Shown: positions 1-13,510, counted from the stretch's first letter. The stretch: 64,000 nt of DNA from Octopus sinensis (GCF_006345805.1 NC_043003.1:80042001-80106000), one strand, 5' to 3'. The notes: generated from the sequence alone by a model not told the origin. A program made the numbers and translations.

Positions 1-14
1 TCTGGGAATTTCAA

Positions 15-490
15 GTTGGACAACCTGGTATTTCAAGGATGAAATTTTAATGCCTAGCTACGTGTACTAGCCAAAAATGGATAGAGAAAATGAAAATTTA
101 GTGAAAAGCTCGAGAGGATGTGCTGTATTGACAAAATTACCGACGATATAATGTGAACCTTGGCCAAAAATAGATGATCCGTGGTTGAGACTACACATTA
201 ATTTGCTGATCCCTTCAACGGTTCATACGATTTAGTGGTAATGGATAGTTTCTCTAAATGACCAGAAATTTATAAGTGTAAAAAGCCAACCTCCTCAACT
301 GCGACAAATTTACTACATGAGCTGTTTGTGAGATTTGGCATCTCAGACGCGATAGTGTCTGACAATGGAACACAGTTGTGTCTTTTGAATGTAAAGTGTT
401 TTGTAAAACGTTCGTTGTTGTATATGTAACCATCCCAGATCTAACGAACGCTTTGTCGATATGTTCAAGACAGCCCTACGCAAAATTTCA
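15..490 (+). mobile_element. Ty3/Gypsy LTR-retrotransposon integrase remnant (K02A2.6-like), frameshifted with stops
   Basis: Manual translation across frameshifts gives GQPGISRMK..SYVY*PKMDRE (Zn-binding region), PWLRLHIN(F)ADPFNGSYDLVVMDSFSK*PE, LHELFVRFGISDAIVSDNGTQ (integrase core D..D) and FKTALRK. Confidence 0.85.
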
Positions 491-518
491 CAAAACCATA
501 ATTTGTTTGTGAGGGAGA

Positions 519-1065
519 TATTAGTGTAGAAAATGGATTTCCATGTATTTTAAGTGATGATCTACACATAATGTGTTGGTGGTGATGTTGAGAATCGTGA
601 TGGAGTGATTAGAAGCAGTGGTGACAGTGAAGGTGTTTGTTTGTTTTAATTGTTTGGACAGAGGGATGTTTGCAAATGTTATGAAAAGAAAAGTATATAA
701 AACTTGTCATTAAGATTTGGTTCGCAGAAGCCGCGCATATACATATATATGTATGTATGTACGTATGTACATAAGTACGTGCTTGTGTGTTATATTTGCC
801 TCTTCATGTATCGTGTGCGTGCGTGAAGGTGCACGTGTGGTTGAGTTGACGAGATCTCGGAAAGGTAGTAATGAGTAAGCACATGAAAAGAAAAAGAAAA
901 CCCTTAGAAATGAAAGACATTGGAGTGTCTTGCATGATGTTTCTTAAAGAAGATGGCTGTCGGGTGTTTGTAGTTACATCTTATATGGCTAGCACTGGAC
1001 TCAAAAAAGAACAACAGAGTAGTAATACTTGAGTCGTAAAAAGGAAAAGAGAATTCTTTGCAACA
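519..1065 (+). mobile_element. Probable 3' LTR of the Gypsy remnant
   Basis: A purine tract gagggaga (511-518) is followed by T(a)TTAGTG.... The segment ends in ...GCAACA (TGTT/AACA-type termini with one change) and has an internal TATA-like gtatataaaa near 693. No second LTR in the window to confirm. Confidence 0.4.
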
Positions 1066-1399
1066 TATATATCAGGAGCACATTAGAAATTTACAGACTC
1101 GAGACAAACGAATAAAACATACACTAACGTGTTCGAAATGGTTAGACCAATAGTCAGCTTTTTGTGAACGAAATCATCAAGGACATTCCTTTTAAAATGC
1201 TGCTAGGTTATGTGGAAGAAGTGCTTCTATGGGAAGATGCCGTAATCGCTGTGATTTTCTGTTGAACTCCACCAATGTTTAAATATATAAACAAAAATAA
1301 CATACAAGAACTTACATGTATCGAGTTTTTCTCACATAACCATATTTGTATATATCTATAAATTTATACGCACATGTATGCACATACACACGCACATAT

Positions 1400-1742
1400 A
1401 TGCGTGACCCCCTTCAGTCAGACACTGACCATGGGCTTGCACCTAAAGAGTTACTCTCTGAGGCACAAGTCTGGGCAAAGTTGTTTTTTATGGAAGACCA
1501 GCAGTCGCCCATGCATACCAGCCTCCCCTCTCCACGCCACCAGTGTTATCCAAGGGAAAGGCAAAGGCCGATACAGCTTGGCACCAGTGATGTTGCAACT
1601 CATTTCTACAGCTGAGTGAACTGGAGCAACGTGAACTAAAGCGTCTTGCTCAAGAACACAACACGCAGCCCGGTCCGGGATTCGAGCTCACAACCTCACG
1701 ATCGTAAGCTCGACGCTCTAACCACTGAGCCACGCGCCTTCA
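1400..1742 (-). mobile_element. tRNA-derived SINE, family A (CORE-like central segment), near full length
   Basis: The minus strand starts GGCGCGTGGCTCAGTGGTTAGAGC (A box) ... GAGCTCGAATCCCGG (B box). It continues GTGTTCTTGAGCAAGACGCTTTAGTTCACGTTGCTCCAGTTCACTCAGCTGTAGAAATGAG, resembling the CORE/MIR motif. A homologous copy lies at 22480-22740. Confidence 0.85.
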
Positions 1743-3855
1743 CACACACACATATATATTACAGTAACATCAGCGCCAGGTAGTATTAGGCATAAGTAAA
1801 TTTTAGGTTATTTAAAATATGTTTCTTACATATGTCAACTGCTAAAGTCAGATTCACTGCAGTTACCACGGAGAAAATATTTTCTCTTATGATAAAGAAG
1901 GTGTAAAAACACCATGTCTGTCCAATGCTGTCACCTGTCGGATTCCCAGACATCGATGTTTCTAGCTTCTGAGTGGGAATCAATAGGAATTAGCGAAGAG
2001 ATGCAACTCTGGGCAGCGCTAATGAAGCTATGGCTTTAACTAAAATACAGTCAACAACATTGACTGATTTGTGCCAGCAGAGCTCCAAGATTGTGAAAAT
2101 ACCCCCCAATTACATTCACTCTCACAAATATGTACTAACGGTTATATCATAATCTATCATCGAAAAATTTATTGTAGCATTCGTTTACGTCCATTTATGT
2201 TCTGGTTACTTCCCTTTGTTCTTATGGCAACTGAAACATTTAAATTTCTCAAGTCGATAACTACCGAAATCTCTAATATAAATTTCAATAGCAGTGTCGC
2301 AATACGACTGCAGCGCCCCAAATACGCCGGTAAATAAGTAAAACAACAGAGAATCGATCTTGCTTTTAAGTTGTTAGATAGTTTTATAGATAAATATTCT
2401 ATACTTTAAATTATGGCGAGCAACTTAATTAATATATGCCATCTTTCTTTTTTCTTTTTAAACTGAATCTAAATTCACTTTGTTATTCCCGAAGCTTTAT
2501 TTATATGTGATTCATTCAATATTGATCTCATAACACTTGTGTAAAATTGACTTTTCATTCTGATTAGCATATATTCACAACTGAAATCGTACTCAAAGAA
2601 CACTTGTAGCGTTCATGAATTCTATTTCCACGGACAATTTCCCTTCAGGAGATATTAGCATCTACAATTATCTTCCTGTCAAATGCATATTGTATATCAC
2701 AAGGAAGGTTCTCTTTCGATCAGCAGAATTCTCCAAGAAAAGTGAGAATAATTACGATATTAATATTGGTGATGAATACGATTGCGATTATGCTTATGAT
2801 TGTAATGTTGATGACGAAGATGATGAAGAAGCTCGTGTTGATAATGGTGATGAACAAGACAAAGAAATTTACGAGGATTATTATACGACGATAACCATAT
2901 TATATTAAATATTGTGAACTCTTGAAATTGTTCTGGAACATTCTTGTCGCCTTAAACTCACGGCAAACGAGTATATAATATGTAGGCGTAAAATCGTACA
3001 TATATCATATATATCCAAACAGAATATTTAGATACATTCACACATTCAATTATATTACAAATATACGGACACACATCGAACCTCGTTACATACCAACATG
3101 TACACACATATATTTACATAAAGTATAATTACCTTCATATTTATATGTACACTTTTATACATACAGATATACGTATACACATATAAACATGTATAAATGC
3201 TTACATGCAAGCATATGTTCATGCATAAACACGTGCATACATACATACATGCATATATATTCATATATCTATTTATACCTTCTTCCCTTCATACCATCGT
3301 CCGTCCATCCGTCTGTAATCCATCCCTCCCTCCATCCATCTATCCATTTATCCACACATCCATTCAGAAATCCATCCACCTATCCCTGAATGCATACAGG
3401 TATGCTTACTTACATGCATAGATAAGTACAAGCATTTATAAAGACGTGCACAAATCCATCCATCCATCTATCCATCCATCCATCCATCCATCTATCCATA
3501 GCATAAACTCCCATGTCTATTAAACAGGGCGATATCTTCCACAACGGAAAATATTAGGTCCTAGCAACGCAATGATTATTGCATCTATAGTTTGATATCA
3601 CTTTTATTTCGAAGATGACACCGACAATAAAATGTCATATATATTTTCTGATATCTATTTCGTATTTGATAGAATGTTACATTCTAATTAGCAAGTTAGT
3701 ATACAGGATATTATATAGAAATGCGAGTTCACTTATACATCTGTTCACGCACACGGCACACAGACATACACACATACACACACAAACATACGAACACAGA
3801 TTTTCTTTTATGTTTCAACCTTAAGGCTGGGGCATCGACAGTAAAAGTTTAAGAT

Positions 3856-3972
3856 GCTTACATCACCAATGTTTCCCGAGAGGTTCCCCATCTAAGTACT
3901 TCTTAGGATTGATGTTGCTCAACTTCGTTGATCAGTTGAGAACAGGTACATTCAGCGTTATATGGCCGTAAG

Positions 3973-3973
<1 letters not shown>
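3856..3973 (-). pseudogene. 5S: Full-length decayed 5S rRNA copy
   Basis: The minus strand reads GCTTACGGCCATATAACGCTGAATGTACCTGTTCTCAACTGATCAACGAAGTTGAGCAACATCAATCCTAAGAAGTACTTAGATGGGGAACCTCTCGGGAAACATTGGTGATGTAAGC (118 nt), collinear with animal 5S. The terminal helix GCTTAC/GTAAGC is kept. Helices II and III carry non-compensated mismatches. Confidence 0.85.
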
Positions 3974-4010
<37 letters not shown>

Positions 4011-4764
4011 TACACACACACATAAATACACACGCAAACGCTTGCGCAGATGAGGATATATATCACAGAAAGACAAAATAAATTCATCATAAAGTAAGAC
4101 ATGTGGGATAAAGAGTCGCTGTGGAGGTCAAAGGATGTGTGATGAAAGAGCTTTGAGAAAGAAACAACAACAACAATAACAACAACAATAATAATAATAA
4201 TCATAGTAATGATAATATACCCTGATGCAGTACCAGGCAGTGGCTCCCGTGGCTTCTGAACTTAACTGATTGGAAGTGTTATCATGTACATTGTTTTGTC
4301 TTGGTATAAATGATGGGCTACAGCAAATATTCTGCTCAATACTTCATATTTGCTTGTCACGTGCTTAACCTTAACCAGTTGAGCATGTCCATGTGGCTGA
4401 CGGTATGTGCATCTCTGATCACGAGCAGAAGTAGTTGGGGAGCATCATAGCCATGTGTTGAGAGGAATTCTTTGGGGTTTGGATAATTCACCTTTGGAAA
4501 CATGGGTGAATCATCCTTAAACAAACCTTATTCAGGGACGTTTTGAGCGGGATGGGCTACTCAACCTGAAATTAATTCCTACGGAAAGGTCATGTGCTGT
4601 TTATCTTGATATGAGATCATCCTGTCGCGCACATAACGTTGTGATGCATGTGTCTGCTGTACCCTTAGTCATGATGGGTATACTGAGTTTTCTATACATA
4701 CCCCAATGTCTCTTTAATGGCATACACTGCTCTCTCACTCAATAATAATAATAATAATAATAAT

Positions 4765-5960
4765 TTGTTTCTGTGATGTTTTTGTTCTGATGTATTTCAG
4801 ATACTGTCGGGTTAGATTATGAAGCAAATAGAAGATACAGGCTACAAGTACTTGGGGATAATGGAAATGGGATGAATTGATGGAGAAAGAAATAACAGAA
4901 AAATTCTAGGTGGAGTACTTGCTCAGACTGAGATTGATCTCTAAGTCGAAATTAAACGGACGGAATAAGATTAAAGCTATCAACACCTGGGCAGTTTCAC
5001 TCCTTAGATATGGAGCAGGGGTAATCACATGGACACTAGACAAACTAAATAGCTTAGACAGAAAAACAATGAAGTTGCTCACTAGATATGGAATACTCCA
5101 CCCAAAAAGTAACACAGATAGACTGTATGTACCAGGAAAAAGAGGAGGAAGAGAACTGATCGGATACGAACACAGCATTAGAGCAGAAAAAAGCAAACAA
5201 TATATCACGGAGGCTCTAATCTGTGCTGCTGAAAAGTAGGCATTGAGAACGAATTACATCGAATACAGAATAGTCAACACATCAGAAAGTGATAAGTGCA
5301 GATTTTGTGGCTAAAATGGCGAAACCGCATGACATATTACCGGTCAATGTACGCAACTAGCCTACAAAGAACATAAGAGACGTCTTGATAATATATCAAG
5401 GATTGTCCGTTTGACACGTTGTAACAAGTATGAACTTGATAGTGCCAAAAAGTGGTACGAACATAAACCCGAAGGCATCACAGAAAATGATAATGCAAAG
5501 ATCCTATGGGCTTTTATGATTCAGTGCGATCATGAGATAGAAACTAGGAAACGAGACCTAGTGTTAATTGAGAAAGAAAGCAAACGATGCTGGATCATAG
5601 ATATAGCATGCCCAGCTGACAACAAGGTATACGATAAGGAAGAAAGAAAAGTCGATAGATATGACAGGTTATCTTGGGCGGTTAAGCAATTGTGGTCGTT
5701 GAAAATGAATCTAGTAATACCAACAATTATCAGAGCCCTGGGAACAATGAGTAAAAATCTTGAGAAATACATTGAAAAATTAGGGGCTGCAATAATGGTG
5801 CAACGCTTTCAGAAAATAGCACTGTTAAGAACCTCACGAATACTCCGGATGGTGCTCGAACAATTAGGGGCGTTGCATTAGTGCACTGGTAGTGAACAGC
5901 TGGCAGCGTTGTACATATCCAGCGTTAGAAGCTGTGCAAAGACAATAAATAATTATAATT
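4765..5960 (+). mobile_element. 5'-truncated R4/Dong-clade non-LTR retrotransposon (RT C-terminus, CCHC knuckle, restriction-like endonuclease)
   Basis: Motifs YKYLGI, AINTWAVSLLRY and RLYVPGKRGGR; CCHC motif CRFCG..ETA*HITGQC; RLE-like RK(R)DLVLIEK..IIDIACP..KEERKVDRY. Flanked by (TAA)n upstream and a TAA-like tail downstream. Confidence 0.9.
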
Positions 5961-6030
5961 ATAAAGCTGAAGTAAAGAGCAAACATATAGTGCTTGTGTT
6001 TACCTGACTAATTAACCAACTGATTAGTGT

Positions 6031-6136
6031 TTATGTATGTATGTATGTATGTATGTATGTATGTATGTATGTATGTATGTATGTATGTATGTATGTATGT
6101 ATGTATGTATGTATGTATGTATGTATGTATGTATGT
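6031..6136 (+). repeat. (TATG)n microsatellite
   Basis: Uninterrupted tetranucleotide run, seen directly. Confidence 0.98.
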
Positions 6137-6239
6137 ACTTATTCTCCTGTATATACATGTTGGCCCCCACCCCCCACACAAAAGCTGTAAACACATATTG
6201 AATGATTTTACTGTTAGCATTTATTAAAATATATTTCAT

Positions 6240-7120
6240 TTTCAAAATGAAAGCATCTCTAAGTAGATTGCTTTATGTACGGGTGTTTTGAAAATGATAA
6301 CCGTTCTGCTTTAAACACTGTTGAAAACGTGAAGCGATGAAATCATAAACAGATAGAAACATCTCGTTCGATGAGTGTGCACATTCTCATGAAATGGATT
6401 CATTCAATTCACTGAGTGTTGCAGGTTGTATACCGTAAACTCTATCATTTAAGAACCCCATAAAAAATGTATATTGGTGTGAGTTCCAGTGAATGCAGAG
6501 GGTATGCTACTGAACAACGGCGTCCAATCCACATATTAGGCAAAATCTCATCAAGATAAACCCTGATATCACGATGGTAGTGTGGGGGTGCCCTATTATG
6601 TTGGTAATAAAACTCCACCTCTTCAACGTTCTCTTGAATGCTCGGTATGACAGGTTTTCGAAGGAATTTCAAGTAACAGGGACTGTCACATTGCCGCCAA
6701 AAAAATAAGAGTGGTCCAATTAATATTTTTGGTGATAAGTTACACCATACTCAAGCTCTTGGTAAATAAACATATTCCTCCACAATGTTCCCAGATTTCC
6801 AACAAGTGGAATTGTGCGGTTAATTGAATACTTTAATTTAATTAAGGCCTCATCACTCGAAACAGTCTCTGCTGAAAATGCGCATCTTCTACAAGTCCTA
6901 CAAATCATCACTCGCAAGACGCGTCTTCGGTCCGGTTGCATCTCATTCAGAGCATGAACTATTCTTGAAATGCAACTTGCAAATGATAGCATTTCAAAAT
7001 GCGATGGATGCTTGATCTTGAAATTCGTATCTCAAATTTTCTTGAAGTCTAGAAAAACATTTCTCGTACAATGTCTTGCTTTGTGGGGTTCATAGATGGC
7101 CTTCTGGCACACGTCTCATA
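6240..7120 (-). mobile_element. Tc1/mariner-superfamily transposase relic (DD37D/maT-like)
   Basis: ORF 6445-6672 (YQHNRAPPHYHRDIRVYLDEILPNMWIGRR..YPLHSLELTP..YGVLK) matches QDGAPPH..WIGR..WPxRSPDLTPxDFFxWGxLK. ORF 6720-6992 contains SDEA (first Asp). TIRs not resolved. Confidence 0.8.
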
Positions 7121-7363
7121 GACATTCTAAACATATCTATCTGACTCAAATTTATCACCAATTCGAGTAATGATAAGTCTTGTTTGAAACACCTTCCTTC
7201 AATGACTCTGCTCTTCGACTGCGTTTTCGAACTTCCAATGGCACTTTCCTTTGTTGAAAGCTTAGCTTGTCATCTTCCATTATTTTGAATGCGTTAAAAC
7301 GAAAAAGAAATGAAAAGTGGGTTATTAGCTCTTCAAGAGGGTATACACTGCCGGAGGATATCT

Positions 7364-7417
<54 letters not shown>

Positions 7418-8269
7418 TGTGAGTGTGAATGCTTGTGTTTCTGTATTCGACATTAAAATTACTGCCGCTAACTACTATCCCTAGAATAAAACAAAGGAAT
7501 GCCTCCCAAATATTAGAGTTAGATCCAATCATCCTAGATCTATGTTATACAACATCGCTAACAGTATTTAAATTAGAATTACTAACCTTTCTGCAAAAGG
7601 AAGACTTACTAATAACCGCGCCCCCTACTTTAACCAGGACTTCTATAATAATATGTATTCTATTTTTTGAGAAAGAATTCTACATTCATGACACTAGGTC
7701 CAAAAAGAAGCAGGCGTAACTGATTCCACACAACAATAATAGTTTAGCGAAATATAACTGTTCCTTGCAACATTAACTGCAAACAGGCTACAACTAGGGA
7801 TAATGGTTATGTCTGTAGTAATTACGAAACTTGAGTTTGACTCAAGTATGATGCTTATCTCCGCTAAGATATTCCTGGAAAGCTCCTCTCTATGTATAGA
7901 ATCAACAGCATCAATAAGGCTTCTGTAGCGTCATTGTGAACCATAAAAGACAGTGAGTTTAAAAGAAACAAAACTCAGTCATCACAGTATAAAAACCCTA
8001 TTAAAAATCAATGGAAAATAAAAAGAATATGAAGCGCGTGGTCGTATGGATTTCATCGCTTAACTCTTTACAAGTTTAATCTCAAACTAAACTTTCCTTT
8101 GATATCCCCAAGTCGAATTTCCTCTCCAAGCAGAAATACCATTCCAATTTTTTAATATGTTTACTATGAAGCTTTCTCATTCCCAGTCATTTGAACTTGT
8201 TCTGCCTTGCTGCAGTTTTAATAACTGTTTCAAATTCTGGTGCATGTCCAGCACTTGTAGGGAAACGGA

Positions 8270-8425
8270 AAAGTGTATTATATTGACCCCTATACTTGAC
8301 TGGTACTTATTAGCCAGAGAGGATAACAAGCAATGTCATATATTCGTCGGAATTTGAGCTGAAAGCGTAAATCCGGAAGAAATGTCGATAAGTATTTTGT
8401 CTAATGATGTATCTATTCTCATAAT
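8270..8425 (-). mobile_element. Degenerate tRNA-derived SINE, family C
   Basis: Shares gactggtactta...cggaatttga.ct.a.a.cgtaaa with the copies at 14.8, 35, 42.6 and 54 kb. Confidence 0.6.
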
Positions 8426-8782
8426 TCTGACTATAACAATTATAATGATAATAATACAAACATAAAATTAATAATTATGATAACAAAAATAAATAATGAT
8501 AATCACAATGAAAATAATCACTTAAACAATATTGATTACATCTAAAATTGCAGCAAACAAAAATATGAGAGCTAAAAATATCAATATAAATAAAAAGGAT
8601 AATATCGGTTATAATAATACTAGCTTTAATACTAATGGTAATAAGATAGAAGCGATTCGTGGTAATAATAAAGATGAAAATAATTGCGATAATTATGACT
8701 AACAATAATAATAATAACAATAATAAGGCACACAGTGCTGCGCTCGGTAGTGAAGTGAAAGCACGCTATAAAAATAAAAGTA

Positions 8783-8785
<3 letters not shown>

Positions 8786-8850
<65 letters not shown>

Positions 8851-8906
8851 TAATAATAATATTAGTATTATTCTTATTGGAAGGAATATTATGATTCTTG
8901 GTCATC

Positions 8907-8955
<49 letters not shown>

Positions 8956-8969
8956 GATTCTTGGTCATC

Positions 8970-9009
<40 letters not shown>

Positions 9010-9022
9010 CATAATAATAATG

Positions 9023-9080
<58 letters not shown>

Positions 9081-9311
9081 GATGACCAAGAATCATAATA
9101 ATAATAATAATAATAAGATGACCAAGAATCATAATAATATTCCTTCCAATAAGAATAATACTAATAATCGTATTAATTATAATTATAATTACTGTAAGTC
9201 TAGGAATAACAGACGCGTCTGTTACTGGCTAGCAGTAACAAGTTTAACGTTTCGTTTACTGACATCATCCTGACAATATCAGCAACAGTGGTGTTGCTGC
9301 TACTGCTGCTG

Positions 9312-9392
<81 letters not shown>

Positions 9393-9444
9393 TAATAATA
9401 ATAGTAATAATAATTATAATAATAATAATAACAACAACAAAAAC

Positions 9445-9509
<65 letters not shown>

Positions 9510-9560
9510 TAATAATAATAATAATGATAGCCATAATAATAATAATGGTAATAATGTCCC
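8786..9560. repeat. Compound AAT/ATT/GCT/ACT trinucleotide array containing an inverted duplication (8861-9165)
   Basis: (AAT)n switches to (ATT)n and back. The unit GATGACCAAGAATCAT occurs twice on each strand. Confidence 0.95.
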
Positions 9561-11445
9561 CCATAACAATTAAGACGAGAAATTGTGCACCCGGGTTTTC
9601 CCGAGAGAGAAAGAAATGCAGCTGTAGAATACCTAATAATTGTCCTTTGAAGAGGTATTGTTTACGCTATACTGTTGTTGCAAGTGAAGCATCACCACAA
9701 TGCACTATAATTTCACCTAAACATACATTACACCTTCAATCGACTGTAAATGCCAAAGTCCCCTACATATTACAGAAAAGATTATTACTACTAAAGCTAC
9801 CATTGCTATTACTACTTCCGTTTCCGTTACTAATGCTGCTAGGGCTACTAGATTCCTGCTCCTGAAGGAGAAGACCAATCCTTTCCTCTTACATCCGTGG
9901 CTTCTACCATTTCCACCTTTACTGTCACATCTACACTCAAGACACTACAGCTGCTATTAATGAGGTTAACACAGCCACTACTACGACCACTACCTTTACT
10001 GCTACTACTACTGTCACCACAATCACAAGATGTGTCCCTCTGTCACGATGCACGCCTTAATATCAACATTGCCAGTGAGAAACAATAGACATCTGTCTTA
10101 GTTAAAACCGTTACAACTACTATAACGACGCCGTAACCATCAGAACCACCAGGAATATACCAACAACCCACAACACTGTGAATTTTATAAGAAAACATGT
10201 GAACTTCCAATAGTGCTATCATGAAAGATTATATTGATTCAATTCAAAATATTTTCTCTTTTCTTATTGCATGGTAAAATGTTTTAAGCAATCGAAGCCG
10301 GCTGCATATTTTGATGAAATTGCAAGCACTCTCTTCCTTTTATGCATGATAAAGTGTTTTCTATTTTTGTTCTTAATATGTAAGTATGTGCTGGTATTCA
10401 TATATCAGATGACATAGACATTTCTTCCGTATTAAGAGGCCTGTACGTATTCCACAAGAGGTGTTACTAAAGAGATAATCGAAGTGTGAAATGTTTGCAA
10501 TCTCTTATACTAGCTGTGATATATGAATGGACATGACAGTTAATTAACCAAATTGTCAGTAAATAAATTTCATATAAAGTATGGGTCATAACTGTAAGTA
10601 GCAGGAAAACTTTATAATGAGCAGTCGTTCCATTAGTTTTGATTATAAATTTATAGAATATTAAATTTTTAAATATCCATATCTTGGCTTCTCGATGTTC
10701 AAAAACTAGGTAATTTTATTGTATTGAATACACGCCATCAGCTTGAATGCTGACTTAATCTAAATAAGAAATGCCATTTTTTGAATAATCTGCTTAGAGA
10801 TCGTTAAATTGCATTACTGCGGATACATATCAAGGAAAACCTACAGGATCTTTTGCTATCTAAGAAAATGTCACACAGGTAAACTTTTTTTCTGATGACG
10901 AATGCAGAAGAAATGTAGACTCGAAATATATGTAAATAATTTATTTTCAATGCTGACTAGAGTCTACATAAATGACTTCACTATGTGATAGCCTTAGCTC
11001 CTCAACCGATTTAACAGTACCCCCAGGCTCTTGGTCTCTAACAGAGTTCTCTTTGTTGTAAGCATTCAAATAAATTTCCTGTTCTGAGATTTTTTTCCTT
11101 CTTGACATAAAGTTCCCAGAATGGTTATGGTTACCAAAATACACTGAATTCCAAATTTTGACTATTTAAAACCAATGCAACATCATTACGATTTTATTGA
11201 ATTAACAAAATGGAAAATATCAAAAGTGTATTATTGTAAAGCTAGCAGTGTTTGTATATCGAGCAGACGCCGTTTAAATACTGAGCGAGTTTTACGTTCC
11301 TGAAAGGACACTGCAGTCTTAACAAGCCTGTGTTGCATTTGCAGCCTTCTTTCATCGAAGTGCTTATTGTATGTTAGAAACAGAGAACTGGTTGGAAAAG
11401 TAAGTCAAAATTAATAGAATTTGTGCAAAAAATGTTAACATGCTA

Positions 11446-12730
11446 CGAGGTTCGGCGGAAAAGTTCAGAGGCTGACCAAGATAATTTCATGGAAGATAAG
11501 CAAATAAGGTTGATTTTTCAACATAGTTCTCCTTGCGACCCTCGCACTTCTTTCACCTGATCTGCAGTACATACATCCCGTTGGTGAAGAAGCTTTCGTC
11601 CTGTTGAATAAAAAAGTCATCAGAAGCAGATATGATATCATCACTGTCATGCTGCTTCCCACCCAAGTGTATTTTAATGTTGAGGAACAGATAATATTCA
11701 GATGGGGTGAGATCAGGGAGAATAGAGAAAACGATCAACCACTTCAAAGCCACAGTCATGCACAGCAGCCATTGAAACCAAGGACTTGTAAGCTGGGGCG
11801 TTGTTCCGATAAAACAAGACACATTTTGTCAGTTTTCCTACGCGTTTGATCTTATGGTCTTTCGTAACTGCCTCAGGAAGTTGGCATAGTACTCTCTATT
11901 GGTCGTGTAGCCATTTTGGATATTGTCAATAAACACAATGCTTTTTGCATTCCAAAAAAGTGAGACCATCTTCTTCCTTGCACGTGGAACGAATTAGGCT
12001 TTTTTTAAGCAGGTGCACGCATTGTCTCTTTGTCTCTGGCTCAAAATGTTGAAACCAATACGCATCCTGGTTCAGGAAAATTTCTAAGAAACTAGATGTA
12101 TCTGCCTCAAAATATCTCCGATTTCCCCGTGATATGTTCAACATCGTGCGGTTTTGAGGGAGTGTCGGAGGACATGGCACCCACCGAACAGAAACCTACT
12201 TCATTCTAAGTTCATTGTGCCCAATGTTTACAACTCTCTACAGGATAAACGAATAACTTTGGCGCTATCGAATTCATGGTCAATAGCATGTCATCCATCT
12301 TCATGTGTCGAATGTAATCAATGTTTTCATCAGTGGTGACGATTGCAGGACGTGCAGACGCTGTGTCATCCTCAAGACTCTCTCTTTTCTTCCAACATTC
12401 ACGTGTCTACATTTGCCCTCTGATAAAGATGGAGCTTTATCACATAACGTTGCAGCCTTCTGAGTATTTATGTCCTTAGGGGCTAATCCCCTTTTCTGTC
12501 GGTACTCGATAACACTTCGACGCCAAATTTTGTCCTTTTCCAGAGACGTCTTTTGTAGTTATGTTTGAACTCTTCTTGAACAGTTAGATTTTAGTTTACC
12601 GGTAAAACAAAACAAAACAAAACAAAAACAATGCAGGTTTTAACGAGAAGTGTTGAAATTAATGCATGCAAGATTTCCCTGCTGAAGCATCAGTCTTTCA
12701 TATTCAGCTCATGTATATTTCAGCTTCTCG
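11446..12730 (-). mobile_element. Full-length (about 1.29 kb) decayed mariner (DD34D-type) element with TA target duplication
   Basis: Ends TA|CGAGG... and ...CTCG|TA. Coding remnants QDAYWFQHFEPETKRQ and LPDLTPSEYYLFLNIKIHLGG..SDDIISASDDFFIQQDESFFTNG (YSPDLAPSDYYLF motif). TIRs are degenerate. Confidence 0.85.
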
Positions 12731-13446
12731 TATACAGAGAAAACGCGCCTCATAATCATAGAAAGACGATTTATAGGCTAAAAAATTACGTATTTCACAT
12801 TTTTAGTTAGTTTTCATTTTTATGTTCTAACCGGTCAACATTTGTCACAAAATCTAATGGACTTTTATACGAGTATCCATGTTGCAAATTGATTGTATCC
12901 GTCATATTTGAGAAGCGGTTCTTATCTTTTGAAAACACCATTAATTTCTATTCGGTAAAGGGATGCACGAGTGTCTAGAAGAATTACACAGTAATGGACG
13001 TTTACGTGCCTCCTTGGGGAAGCAAGGTCATTTACAATAGAGAATATATTTTCCGTGACAGTTACTACTTTGAAGAATCCAGTCAATAACCTTCGAGGTA
13101 TACATATAATATAAGTATATATAAATTCGAGTTATAAGATATGGCTTTATGATATCCTATAAAAATTCGGCGGGTGATGCCAACAAGATATACTCACTGA
13201 AGAAATATTTCTCATTCAACACGAACTGCACAACATAAATTGTATATCTTCAATAATGTAGGTGCTCCAAATTATGTAGCGGGGATGATCTGAAACGTAG
13301 ATAAACAGTGCAAGCGCGCGATGCAATGTGGTAACAATGAAATTCGGGTTATTGATTAAATAGACATCTCTTCTAAAATATATGTTAGTAATGAAACTCT
13401 CTTGACGTTTGTTGCAAAACTCCTAAATGAAAAATTACCTGAGAGA

Positions 13447-13459
13447 AACGGAGAGAGAG

Positions 13460-13510
<51 letters not shown>

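Noticed and set aside
2615-2908. Acidic Asp/Glu-rich ORF
   Set aside because: Decayed (GAT)n repeat, with no domain or splice support.
9560-10170. Thr/Ser-rich mucin-like reading frames
   Set aside because: The frame shifts repeatedly and the sequence continues from an (ACT)n array. It is best explained as a degenerate trinucleotide repeat.
10893-10940. CTGATGA ... GAAA hammerhead-like spacing
   Set aside because: Stem II and stem I do not pair convincingly.
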